NCBI GenBank assembly: GCA_038141865.1
Contig: JAYQIX010000006.1
Location: 315,400 to 379,399, forward strand
Reading direction: 5' to 3'
Length of the DNA: 64,000 bases
Origin: Gammaproteobacteria bacterium
GTDB taxonomy: Bacteria; Pseudomonadota; Gammaproteobacteria; Magnimaribacterales; D2472
This document shows positions 12,926-22,202 of this stretch, one piece after another. Position 1 is the stretch's first letter; each line of letters starts with the position of its first letter. A program made the translations under genes and the position numbers. The notes below the pieces were generated by a model. It did not search any database. It saw nothing but the letters and a program-made list of their open reading frames with translations, and was not told the DNA's origin.

Positions 12926-13843
12926 ATGGTAATAATAAGATTAGCTAGAAGTGGGGCAAAAAAGAACCCTTATTATTTTGTTACAGTCGCAGACGAAAGA
13001 AAGCCAAGAGATGGATCATTTATTGAAAGGCTTGGTTTCTTCAATCCTAGCGCAAGAGGGCAAGAAGAAAGGTTGAGAATTGATTTAGAAAAATTAGATC
13101 AATGGGTATCTAAAGGCGCTCAATTAAGTGACAGAGTTAAAAAGCTTGTGAAAGATGCAAAGCTTTCACCAGAAGAACTTCAAGCTAAGCTTGATGCTAA
13201 GAAACAAAAAGCAGAAGAAAAGAAAGCTCTAGCAGAAAAAGCAGCTAAAGAAGCTGCAGAAGCTGAAGCAAAAGCTGCCGAAGAAGCTGAGGCAGAAGCA
13301 AGCTGAAGAAGCTGCAGAAGAAGAGGTAACTGAAGAGGCTGCAGAAGAAGCACCTGCTGAAGAAGAAGCAGCTGAAGAGGCTGCAGAAGAAGCACCTGCT
13401 GAAGAAGCACCTGCTGAAGAAGAAGCAGCTGAAGAGGCTGCAGAAGAAGCACCTGCTGAAGAAGAAGCTGCTGAAGAGGCTGCTGAAGAAGCACCTGCTG
13501 AAGAAGAAGTTGCTGAAGAGGCTGCAGAAGAAGCACCTGCTGAAGAAGAAGCAGCTGAAGAGGCTGCAGAAGAAGCACTGCTGAAGAGGCTGCTGAAGAA
13601 GCACCTGCTGAAGAAGAGCTGCTGAAGAAGAAGCTGAAGAAGAAGCACCTGCTGAAGAAGAAGCACCTGCTGAGGCTGCAGAAGAAGCACCTGCTGAAGA
13701 AGAAGTTGCTGAAGAGGCTGCTAGAAGAAGCACCTGCTGAAGAAGAAGTTGCTGAAGAGGCTGCAGAAGAAGCACCTGCTGCAGAAGAAGCACCTGCTGA
13801 AGAAGAGCCTAAGCAAGACTCTTCAGATGATGAAAAAAAGTAG
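12926..13843 (+). CDS. rpsP: 30S ribosomal protein S16 with a long Ala/Glu/Pro-rich repetitive C-terminal extension; intact ORF ends at 13306, and the extension needs 4 compensating indels corrected
   Basis: [41 protein letters not shown] is canonical S16. Downstream repeats read ([13 protein letters not shown])n. The terminal TAG 13841-13843 is in the same frame as ATG 12926. Confidence 0.8.
13300..13810 (+). repeat. tandem array of about 12 imperfect 42-bp units (gaagaggctgcagaagaagcacctgctgaagaagaagcagct), coding
   Basis: Direct inspection shows head-to-tail repeats with no spacers. Each unit encodes the 14-aa [14 protein letters not shown]. Confidence 0.9.
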
Positions 13844-14360
13844 TATAGATATAGATTTAATTTGTGTTGGTTCTATTGGAAAGCCTAGGGGCCTAAAAGG
13901 TGAATTTTTTTTAAATTCATTTTGTGACCCAAAACAGAATATCTGCAACTATTCAAATTTCATTATTGAAAATAATCCAGACCTTAAAATTTCATTTATA
14001 AAACAAGCCAATGGGAGACTAATTTCCAAGCTTGATACATTTGATAATGTTGATGACATTAAAAAATACACGAATCTAAATATATTTATAAACAAAACTG
14101 AATTGCCTGAACTTAACGATGAAGAATATTATTGGCATGATTTAGTTGGAATGGAGGTAATAGATATTACAAACAATGATAATTTGGGAATAGTTTCTGA
14201 AGTGGTAAACCATGGATCTAATGATATTTTGGAAATAAAACCATCTAAATCATCTGTAGACGAAAATCTAAGAAAGATTCCTTATGTTAAAGATGTTTTC
14301 ATTAAAAAAGTTAAGCTGAATGAGAATATCATTGAAGTGGAATGGCCAAAAGACTTTTAA
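13827..14360 (+). CDS. rimM: ribosome maturation factor RimM
   Basis: [27 protein letters not shown] matches the RimM N-terminus. The earlier part of ORF 13749..14360 is repeat read-through. rpsP-rimM-trmD-rplS context. Confidence 0.88.
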   Translation: MMKKSSIDIDLICVGSIGKPRGLKGEFFLNSFCDPKQNICNYSNFIIENNPDLKISFIKQANGRLISKLDTFDNVDDIKKYTNLNIFINKTELPELNDEEYYWHDLVGMEVIDITNNDNLGIVSEVVNHGSNDILEIKPSKSSVDENLRKIPYVKDVFIKKVKLNENIIEVEWPKDF

Positions 14361-14363
14361 TTA

Positions 14364-15095
14364 ATGAACATAAATATCTTAACAATTTTTCCTGAAATTT
14401 TTGAAGTGCTTAATACAGGTATTATTGGACAATCAATTAAAAAGGAAAATGTTTCTATAAATTGTTTAGATATTAGAAAAAATTCAAACAATAAACATAA
14501 CCAAATTGATGCAAAGCCATATGGTGGGGGAGAAGGCATGCTTATGATGGCTGAACCGCTAGCTAAGACAATTAAAGAAATAGATGAAGATAAAAAAGGT
14601 GTAGTTATAAACTTTTCACCACAGGGAAAACCTCTGACTCAAAACCTTGTAGAGAGTTTTTCAAAAAATAAAAATATTACTCTGGTTTGTGGAAGGTATG
14701 AGGGTATAGATCAGCGATTTATTGATAAGTATGTTGATGAAGAAATCTCATTGGGCGATTTTGTTATGAGTGGTGGTGAGATAGCAGCATTATCATTTAT
14801 TGACTCCATTATAAGGATCTTACCAGGCACTCTTGGAAATCCAGACTCTGTTTCAAACGATACTTTTTCTAATGGAATGTTAAAGGGGCACTCATATACT
14901 AGGCCAGAAGATTTTGAGGGCATTCAAGTTCCAGAGGTCTTATTATCCGGTAACCACTCAAAAATTAAAGAATGGAAGGAAAAAAACTCTCTAATACAAA
15001 CTTATTTAAGAAGACCAGATCTATTAAATAATGTAAAATTAACAAATAATCAAAAAAAACTCTTGGAAGAATTGCTAACTAAGGATATCCTATAG
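14364..15095 (+). CDS. trmD: tRNA (guanine37-N1)-methyltransferase
   Basis: MNINILTIFPEIFE..., CGRYEGIDQRFI, SLGDFVMSGGE: canonical TrmD. Confidence 0.95.
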   Translation: MNINILTIFPEIFEVLNTGIIGQSIKKENVSINCLDIRKNSNNKHNQIDAKPYGGGEGMLMMAEPLAKTIKEIDEDKKGVVINFSPQGKPLTQNLVESFSKNKNITLVCGRYEGIDQRFIDKYVDEEISLGDFVMSGGEIAALSFIDSIIRILPGTLGNPDSVSNDTFSNGMLKGHSYTRPEDFEGIQVPEVLLSGNHSKIKEWKEKNSLIQTYLRRPDLLNNVKLTNNQKKLLEELLTKDIL

Positions 15096-15117
15096 CACTT
15101 TTTAGGTGGATTAAAAA

Positions 15118-15663
15118 ATGACAGATTCAGATAAAGATAATATAACTAACGAAGAGACAGCAAATGTTGAGGATGCTGCAACAGATGTTGCTGTTGAAAC
15201 AAGTGAAGATCAGTCTACCGAGACTTCAAATAATGTTGAGTCTGAGGAAAGCAGTCAAGAGGCAGTGATTGAAGATGATTCATCAGTGTCAAGCATATCA
15301 TTAGAAGAAAAATCTCCATCTGAAATCGTTCAACAGTTTGAATCCAAGCAACTTAAGACAGATATACCGTCATTTAGGCCTGGAGATACTGTAGTGGTAT
15401 CCGTTAAAGTAAAAGAAGGGCAAAGAACAAGACTTCAGGCTTTTGAAGGTGTTGTCATGGGCGTTAAGAAAGGAGGCCTTAATTCATCTTTTATTGTAAG
15501 AAAAATTTCAAGTGGCATCGGTGTTGAGAGAACTTTTCAAACTCACAGTCCTTTAATTGACTCTATTAAAGTTAAAAGAAAAGGAGATGTCAGACAGGCT
15601 AAACTATTCTATCTAAGAGATAGATCAGGTAAATCTGCAAGAATTAAAGAAAGATTAGACTAA
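15118..15663 (+). CDS. rplS: 50S ribosomal protein L19 with acidic ~65-aa N-terminal extension
   Basis: C-terminal 115 aa is canonical L19 ([31 protein letters not shown]...). RBS AGGTGG lies 7 nt before ATG 15118. No alternative start near the canonical N-terminus. Confidence 0.9.
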   Translation: MTDSDKDNITNEETANVEDAATDVAVETSEDQSTETSNNVESEESSQEAVIEDDSSVSSISLEEKSPSEIVQQFESKQLKTDIPSFRPGDTVVVSVKVKEGQRTRLQAFEGVVMGVKKGGLNSSFIVRKISSGIGVERTFQTHSPLIDSIKVKRKGDVRQAKLFYLRDRSGKSARIKERLD

Positions 15664-15667
15664 CTTA

Positions 15668-16558
15668 ATGAGTAAAAATCTTATAGAGGATCAAAAATTG
15701 AGATCCTTTTTAGATTATTTACATATTGAAAAAGGATTGTCTCCAAATACAGTTAAATCCTACCAATCTGATCTATCTATTTACTTTGAATGGCTATCCA
15801 GCAATTGCAATTCTTCAATTGAAAATACCAAATCAGAAGATTTGGAATTGTTTATAAAACATTTATTTAAGCTTGGTTTTAAAAGCACAACTATTAATAG
15901 AAAAATCTCATCTATTAAGACTTTTTATGTCTATCTTAAAAAGCAGAAACTTATTAATATAATACCGACCGAAGATATTATTGTCCCCAAACAAGAAAAA
16001 AACCTTCCAAAGTCTATTTCTGAGAAAGAAGTTGAAACTCTTTTAAATTCAATAAATGGCTCTAGTAATATTGAGTTAAGAGATAAGGCAATGATGGAAC
16101 TATTATATGCTACTGGAGTAAGAGTATCTGAGTTGGTTAATATTAAACTTAATGATATTGATTTCAATAGAAGAGTTATAAGGGTAATTGGTAAGGGCTC
16201 CAAAGAGCGACTAATTCCATTTGGAGAAAAAGCATTCATTGCTTTAAATAAGTATCTTGCTTCACGTGAACATAGAAATACAAAAGAAATCTTTTTAAGT
16301 AACAGGGGAACAGGTATAACCCGTATTAGTTTTTGGAATAGAGTCAAGTTCTATTTAAGCAGATGTGGATTAAGCATTGAAATTTCTCCACACACATTAA
16401 GGCATGCTTTTGCCACGCATATACTTAATAGAGGAGCTGATCTAAGATCTGTTCAAATGTTACTAGGACATAGTGACTTATCAACAACTCAAATATATAC
16501 TCATATCGCAAAACAAAGATTAAGTGATGTATTAAAAAAACATCACCCTAGAGGCTAA
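15668..16558 (+). CDS. xerD: site-specific tyrosine recombinase XerD
   Basis: Phage-integrase fold with HTLRHAFATH ... LLGHSDLSTTQIYTH. xerD-dsbC linkage as in other Gammaproteobacteria. Confidence 0.88.
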   Translation: MSKNLIEDQKLRSFLDYLHIEKGLSPNTVKSYQSDLSIYFEWLSSNCNSSIENTKSEDLELFIKHLFKLGFKSTTINRKISSIKTFYVYLKKQKLINIIPTEDIIVPKQEKNLPKSISEKEVETLLNSINGSSNIELRDKAMMELLYATGVRVSELVNIKLNDIDFNRRVIRVIGKGSKERLIPFGEKAFIALNKYLASREHRNTKEIFLSNRGTGITRISFWNRVKFYLSRCGLSIEISPHTLRHAFATHILNRGADLRSVQMLLGHSDLSTTQIYTHIAKQRLSDVLKKHHPRG

Positions 16559-16559
16559 A

Positions 16560-17270
16560 ATGAAACTCAATACTTCATTATTGTTAATAACTATTTTCTA
16601 TGTATCAATATCTTTAGCTGAGAGTATTGAGGAAAAACTTTTAAGTGTTCTTCCACAAAATGCAGAAATCGAATCTATCGAAGAGTCTGTAATTGAAGGT
16701 CTGTATAAAGTTTATTTTGGTGATTTGCAGCCGTTATATGTATCCAGAAGTGGAGATTATTTTATCTATGGAGATCTTTACAAAATAGATGACGGCAATG
16801 TAAAGAACCTTAGTCTGTTAGATGTTAATGATAAAAGAAAAGAAATACTTTCAGGCTTGCCAAATAATGATTTTATAGAGTTTAAATCTCTAAATGAAGA
16901 ATACTTTGTTTATGTTTTTACCGATGTTGATTGCGGTTTTTGTAAAAAATTTCATAGCCAGATTTCTGAATATAATAATTTAGGAATTTCTGTAAAATAT
17001 GCAGCCTTTCCAAGATCAGGCATAGATGGTGAAACATACAATAAAATGGTAAGTGTATGGTGTAGCGAAGACAGAAACGCTGCATTATCTTCAACAAAGT
17101 CTTCAGAGTCAGTAGAATCAATTTTTTGCACAAACCAACCTGTATCAAAACATTATAATTTAGGACAGTTGCTTGGAGTTACAGGTACTCCAGCAATATT
17201 TACTCAAACAGGTTCACATATAAAGGGCTATGTTCCGCCTGAAGACTTACTAAAAAGGATTAAGGAGTAA
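16560..17270 (+). CDS. dsbC: periplasmic thiol:disulfide interchange protein DsbC
   Basis: Signal peptide, CGFC thioredoxin active site (FTDVDCGFCKKFH), GTPAIF motif. Confidence 0.85.
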   Translation: MKLNTSLLLITIFYVSISLAESIEEKLLSVLPQNAEIESIEESVIEGLYKVYFGDLQPLYVSRSGDYFIYGDLYKIDDGNVKNLSLLDVNDKRKEILSGLPNNDFIEFKSLNEEYFVYVFTDVDCGFCKKFHSQISEYNNLGISVKYAAFPRSGIDGETYNKMVSVWCSEDRNAALSSTKSSESVESIFCTNQPVSKHYNLGQLLGVTGTPAIFTQTGSHIKGYVPPEDLLKRIKE

Positions 17271-17272
17271 GC

Positions 17273-18454
17273 ATGCCAGATTACAAGTTTGATAATGCAG
17301 ATAAATTACCTCCATATATTTTTTCGCAAATAAATGAACTTAAAAGCAAAGCAAGGTCCAATGGAGAGGATATTATAGATCTTGGGATGGGAAATCCAGA
17401 TCAACCATCGCCTCATGCAGTCGTTGAAAAGCTTATTGAAACAGTAAAAAATCCTTTAACACACAGATATTCACAATCAGCAGGAATTCCAAAATTACGA
17501 TTAGCAATTGCTGACTGGTACTCAAGAAAGCATGGAGTCATCCTTGATCATGAAAATGAAATTGTTACTTGCATGGGCTCTAAAGAAGGCATAGCTCATC
17601 TATCTTTAGCAACATTGTCATCAGATGACGCGGTTATAGTCCAATCACCAACATACCCCATTCACTCCTATGGCGTTGTGATTGCTGGCGCAAAACTTAA
17701 ATCAGTTCCTTTAAAAAATAATCTTGAAGATTTTGCAAATGATATTGAAACATCAATCTTAAGTTCTGTAAAAAAACCTAAGATGATTATTCTTAACTTT
17801 CCATCGAATCCTACTACTCAAGTTGCAGATCTTAGTTTCTTCAAAAGAATTGTTGAGATAGGAAAAAAATATGATATTTGGATAATTCATGATCTTGCAT
17901 ACTCTGATATAGCTTTTGATGGTTATAAAGCACCTTCAATTTTAGAAATTGAGGGCGCAAAAGATATTGCTGTTGAATTTTTTACCCTTTCAAAATCATA
18001 TAACATGCCAGGATGGAGGGTAGGATTCTGTTGCGGAAATAAAGATTTAATAGAGGCTCTAAAAAAAATTAAGTCCTATTTGGATTATGGCACTTTCACT
18101 CCAATTCAAGTTGCAGCAATTAAAGCTTTAAATGATTGTGATCTACAAGTTGATGAGATATGTCAAATGTATAAATCTAGAAGAAATGAATTGTGTGATG
18201 GCCTTAATAGAATAGGCTGGCCCATTGAAAAACCTCTTGCAACAATGTTTGTATGGGCTAGAATCCCAAAACAATATGAGGATTTAGGATCATTAGAATT
18301 TAGCAAAATGCTTATATCACAGTCTAAAGTAGCTGTATCACCTGGTGCGGGATTTGGAATAGATGGTGATAAGTATGTGAGATTTTCATTAATTGAAAAT
18401 GAACAAAGAATTAGGCAAGCAATACGTGGTATAAAAAATACTTTAGGAAAATAA
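17273..18454 (+). CDS. PLP-dependent class I aminotransferase (AlaC-like)
   Basis: 393 aa. NPDQPSP..., SKSYNMPGWRVGF (PLP lysine motif), typical fold-type I aminotransferase. Confidence 0.85.
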   Translation: MPDYKFDNADKLPPYIFSQINELKSKARSNGEDIIDLGMGNPDQPSPHAVVEKLIETVKNPLTHRYSQSAGIPKLRLAIADWYSRKHGVILDHENEIVTCMGSKEGIAHLSLATLSSDDAVIVQSPTYPIHSYGVVIAGAKLKSVPLKNNLEDFANDIETSILSSVKKPKMIILNFPSNPTTQVADLSFFKRIVEIGKKYDIWIIHDLAYSDIAFDGYKAPSILEIEGAKDIAVEFFTLSKSYNMPGWRVGFCCGNKDLIEALKKIKSYLDYGTFTPIQVAAIKALNDCDLQVDEICQMYKSRRNELCDGLNRIGWPIEKPLATMFVWARIPKQYEDLGSLEFSKMLISQSKVAVSPGAGFGIDGDKYVRFSLIENEQRIRQAIRGIKNTLGK

Positions 18455-19717
18455 ATGAGAGTTGTAAGAATTGGAATATGTGGTTGGGGCAACGTTGCTA
18501 CCGGTATGTTTAAAGCAATAGCTGAAAACAAAACTGTAATTGAAGCTGCTGGAGTTAAAATAGACATTGATTGCATTGGCGCCAGAAGAGACAACCCAAA
18601 ATGTAATCCGGGCTCAGTGAAAATTCTTCGGGATATATTTGATGTCCCTGATCAAGATATTGATGTTGTTGTTGAGTTAATTGGTGGGGTTGATGTTGCG
18701 AGAGAGCTAATTCTAAAATCTATAAGGCAGGGCAAGCACGTTATTACTGCAAATAAGGCTGTTATCTTTCATCATGGAGATGAGATCTTTCAAGAAGCAA
18801 AGAATCATAATGTAAAGGTATTGTTTGAAGCAGCAGTGTGTGCGGGTACTCCTATTGTAAAAATGCTTCAAGAAGAATTAGCACCAAATAATATTAACAA
18901 AATTTCAGGCATGTTAAATGGAACTTCTAATTTTATTTTATCAAACATGGAAGATGGTAATGAATTTGATTCAACACTAGAACTAGCTCAAAAAGAAGGT
19001 TATGCAGAGCCGGATCCCTCTTTTGATATAGATGGACTGGATGCTGCACATAAAATAGGTTTACTAGCATCAATCGCATACGGAACATCTTTACCACCTA
19101 AAGATTTTTTTATTGAAGGAATTACAGAGATAGATAAACAAGATTTTATTTATGCCGACATGCTTGGCTATACAATTAAACATCTCGCAATTTCAAAGCT
19201 CAACAGTGACTCTATTGAGTTAAGGGCACATCCAGCATTAATTCAAAAATCATCATATTTAGCAAACCTTAAAGGCGTTAGAAATGGAATTGAAGTTGAT
19301 ACAGACTTAATAGGCACAATTCATATTGCAGGTTCAGGTGCAGGCCAAGAATCCACAGCATCTGGATTGATATCAGATATTATTCATTTTGCAAACTCTA
19401 ATGATAATCTTCTAGATATCTCCAGGAAAACTAACACACTTCCTATCAAAGATTTTAATAGCTTCTCATTTCAATACTACTTTTATATTGAAGCTCAAGA
19501 CAGCCCAGGTGTTATGGCATCTATAACATCATTGCTAGCAGATAAAAATATTGGTATCGAATCAATCGTTCAGAAAGATTCTCTTGAAGAAAATCTAGTA
19601 CCAATTATTCTTGTTACAGACTTATTTGATGAGCTAAAGCTCGAAAAGGTAAAATCAAGCATTTTAGCTCTTGAGTCTGTTAACAAACTCAGAACAATAA
19701 GAATCGAGAGTATTTAA
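18455..19717 (+). CDS. hom: homoserine dehydrogenase (with C-terminal ACT domain)
   Basis: NAD-binding N-terminus GICGWGNVATG, NGTSNFILS motif. hom-thrC linkage. Confidence 0.9.
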   Translation: MRVVRIGICGWGNVATGMFKAIAENKTVIEAAGVKIDIDCIGARRDNPKCNPGSVKILRDIFDVPDQDIDVVVELIGGVDVARELILKSIRQGKHVITANKAVIFHHGDEIFQEAKNHNVKVLFEAAVCAGTPIVKMLQEELAPNNINKISGMLNGTSNFILSNMEDGNEFDSTLELAQKEGYAEPDPSFDIDGLDAAHKIGLLASIAYGTSLPPKDFFIEGITEIDKQDFIYADMLGYTIKHLAISKLNSDSIELRAHPALIQKSSYLANLKGVRNGIEVDTDLIGTIHIAGSGAGQESTASGLISDIIHFANSNDNLLDISRKTNTLPIKDFNSFSFQYYFYIEAQDSPGVMASITSLLADKNIGIESIVQKDSLEENLVPIILVTDLFDELKLEKVKSSILALESVNKLRTIRIESI

Positions 19718-19719
19718 TT

Positions 19720-21105
19720 ATGCTTTTTCATAGCACAAGAGGGGGAGACGCTAATAAAACTTTTGAAGAAGTTTTGATGCAAGGCTTAGCTGATGATGGT
19801 GGTTTATTTATGCCAAACGAATGGCCTCAAGTTGATCTCAATGAATTAAAAAAACAAAAAAGCTTTATAGATGTAGCTAAAAAAATTGTTCCTTTATATA
19901 CCTCCTCTTCTTTTGATTCATCTGAAGTCATAGACTTGTTGGATAATACTTGGCATGATTTCTCTGATGAAAATTTTGCTCCTATCCATAGGCTTAATAA
20001 ATATCAATCTGTTCTAGAATTATTTCATGGACCCACAGCTGCATTTAAAGATTTTGGACTTCAGCTTGCAGCAGCTTTCTTTGATAAAACTCTTAAAAAA
20101 AATAAAAAAACTGCAATAGTGCTTGGTGCGACTTCTGGAGATACTGGGTCGGCTGCTATAGACTCATGCAAAAGATTTGATTCAATTAAAAGTTTTATTC
20201 TTCTGCCTAATGGCAATATGTCAGACATTCAGAGAAAACAAATGACAACAGTTGATAGCAAAAATGTGTTCACTATTAGGGTGAATGGAAGCTTTGATGA
20301 TTGTCAGGATATTGTGAAAGACGCATTTAATGAAAGAAGTTTTTTAAGAAATGATCAATATTTGCTTGCAGTCAATTCCATTAACTGGGTTCGTATTATT
20401 GGTCAAATCTGTTACTACTTTTATGCAAGCCTTAAAACAAATGATCTATCAAAAGGGCTGAATTTTGCAGTTCCAACAGGAAATTTTGGTAATGTTTTTG
20501 CATGCTATGCAGCCAGCAAAATGGGGATGCCTTTAAATAAAATAATCGTAGCTGTAAATAAAAATAATATTTTAGATAGATTCTTTAGAAATAATGATTA
20601 TTCAAAAAGAGAGTTTTTAGAATCTCTCTCACCCAGTATGGATATAAGTGTTGCTAGTAATTTTGAGAGACTTCTGTATGATTTTTATGCTGATAGAGAC
20701 TCAGATTTATGCAGAACTCTTTATAAGTCTTTCCCTACTTCTTCAATTGAATTAGATAGAAATCTTTGGGAGAAAACCGATGATTTATTTTTGAGTTATA
20801 CAGTTGATGACACTTCCACACTAAGCAATATGTCTCAAATTTATAATGATTTTAATTACTTAATTGATCCGCATACAGCCATAGCATCTCACTCAGTAGA
20901 GTCTTTAAAAGAAGAATTAGATGGCGAGACCCTGATCTTATCCACAGCTCATCCTGCAAAATTTCCTAAATCAATTGAACAAGCAGGTCTCAAGCTTAAC
21001 CAAATACCTAAACAGCTCTCCCAAGCCTTAAATAAAGAAGAAAGATATGTAACTTTGCCTGCATCAAAAGATGATATATTCAAATATATAATCGATAATA
21101 ATTAA
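19720..21105 (+). CDS. thrC: threonine synthase
   Basis: MLFHSTRG..., FHGPTAAFKDFG (PLP lysine), long-form ThrC. Confidence 0.92.
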   Translation: MLFHSTRGGDANKTFEEVLMQGLADDGGLFMPNEWPQVDLNELKKQKSFIDVAKKIVPLYTSSSFDSSEVIDLLDNTWHDFSDENFAPIHRLNKYQSVLELFHGPTAAFKDFGLQLAAAFFDKTLKKNKKTAIVLGATSGDTGSAAIDSCKRFDSIKSFILLPNGNMSDIQRKQMTTVDSKNVFTIRVNGSFDDCQDIVKDAFNERSFLRNDQYLLAVNSINWVRIIGQICYYFYASLKTNDLSKGLNFAVPTGNFGNVFACYAASKMGMPLNKIIVAVNKNNILDRFFRNNDYSKREFLESLSPSMDISVASNFERLLYDFYADRDSDLCRTLYKSFPTSSIELDRNLWEKTDDLFLSYTVDDTSTLSNMSQIYNDFNYLIDPHTAIASHSVESLKEELDGETLILSTAHPAKFPKSIEQAGLKLNQIPKQLSQALNKEERYVTLPASKDDIFKYIIDNN

Positions 21106-22202
21106 GTGGATCATACAGAATTAAATTCTTCTTTAAATGACTTAGATGCGAGATTAGAGTCTATTGCCAGTGGCCCATTTGATTTAGCACAAAAAAATCC
21201 AAGCTTAAAGAAATTGATGAAGAGCTTACTAAAGAGGAAGTATGGTCTGATCTAGATCTTTCTCAAAAACTGAATAAGGAAAAATCACAACTAGAAAAGT
21301 CTATAGCGAATTTCATATCCATAAAGGAAAGAGTCTCTGATAGCTTAGTTTTGCTAGACATAGCCTCTGAGGAATCTGATGTTAATACAATTAATGAAAT
21401 TATTCAGGATTATCCTGGTCTAGAAAAAGGAGTCATAGATTTAGAATTTAGAAGAATGTTTACCAATAAAATGGATCCTTCCTCTGCATTTATTGACATT
21501 CAATCGGGCTCAGGAGGAACTGAGGCTCAAGATTGGGCTGAAATGCTTTTAAGAATGTATTCAAAATGGGCTGAAAGTAGAGATTTCAATATTTCTGTAA
21601 CAGAAATTTCACATGGAGAGGTTGCAGGAATAAAATCAGCCTCAATTCATGTTGAGGGTGATCATGCATACGGATGGTTAAGAACAGAAACTGGAATTCA
21701 TAGGCTGGTAAGAAAATCGCCCTTTGATTCAGGTAATAGAAGGCATACTTCTTTTGCCTCTGTATTCATATCTCCTGAGATTGATGAATCTATTGAAATA
21801 GAAATCAATAATGCTGATATTAGAGTAGATACCTATAGAGCTTCTGGAGCAGGAGGGCAACATGTAAATAAAACTGATTCAGCTGTTAGATTGACACATA
21901 TCCCCACTGGAGTGGTTGCTCAATGTCAAAGCGACAGATCACAGCATAAAAACAAAGAAAATGCTTTTAAACAACTCAAATCAAAGCTTTACGAGTTAGA
22001 ATTACAGAAGCAAAATAAAGAAAGACAGGAATTAGAAGAAAGTAAGTCTGATATTGGATGGGGAAGTCAAATTAGATCTTATGTTCTTGATCAGTCTAGA
22101 ATAAAAGACTTGAGGACGGGTTATGAAACTGGAAATACGACCGCAGTTCTTAATGGTGAAATTGATGAATTTATTAAAAGTAGTTTAAATAAGGGTATAT
22201 AA
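21106..22202 (+). CDS. prfB: peptide chain release factor 2; reading frame broken at A7 run 21191-21197
   Basis: N-terminus [30 protein letters not shown].. continues in the frame of ORF 21351..22202 (..[20 protein letters not shown]..). SPF and GGQ motifs ([16 protein letters not shown]). Confidence 0.9.

Noticed and set aside
13180-13793. Three overlapping minus-strand ORFs (132-182 aa) rich in L/Q/S/A/F
   Set aside because: They are antisense translations of the GAA/GCT-rich 42-bp coding repeats of the rpsP tail. They are low-complexity, mutually overlapping, and have no RBS or plausible fold.
13300-13810. Regular short repeats that might be a CRISPR array
   Set aside because: The units are contiguous with no unique spacers. 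They are 42 bp (a multiple of 3), keep an open reading frame continuous with rpsP, and no cas genes or leader are present.
20937-20945. Additional perfect DnaA box TTATCCACA
   Set aside because: It lies inside the thrC coding sequence (..LILSTAHP..) with no partner boxes, so it is most likely a chance occurrence.
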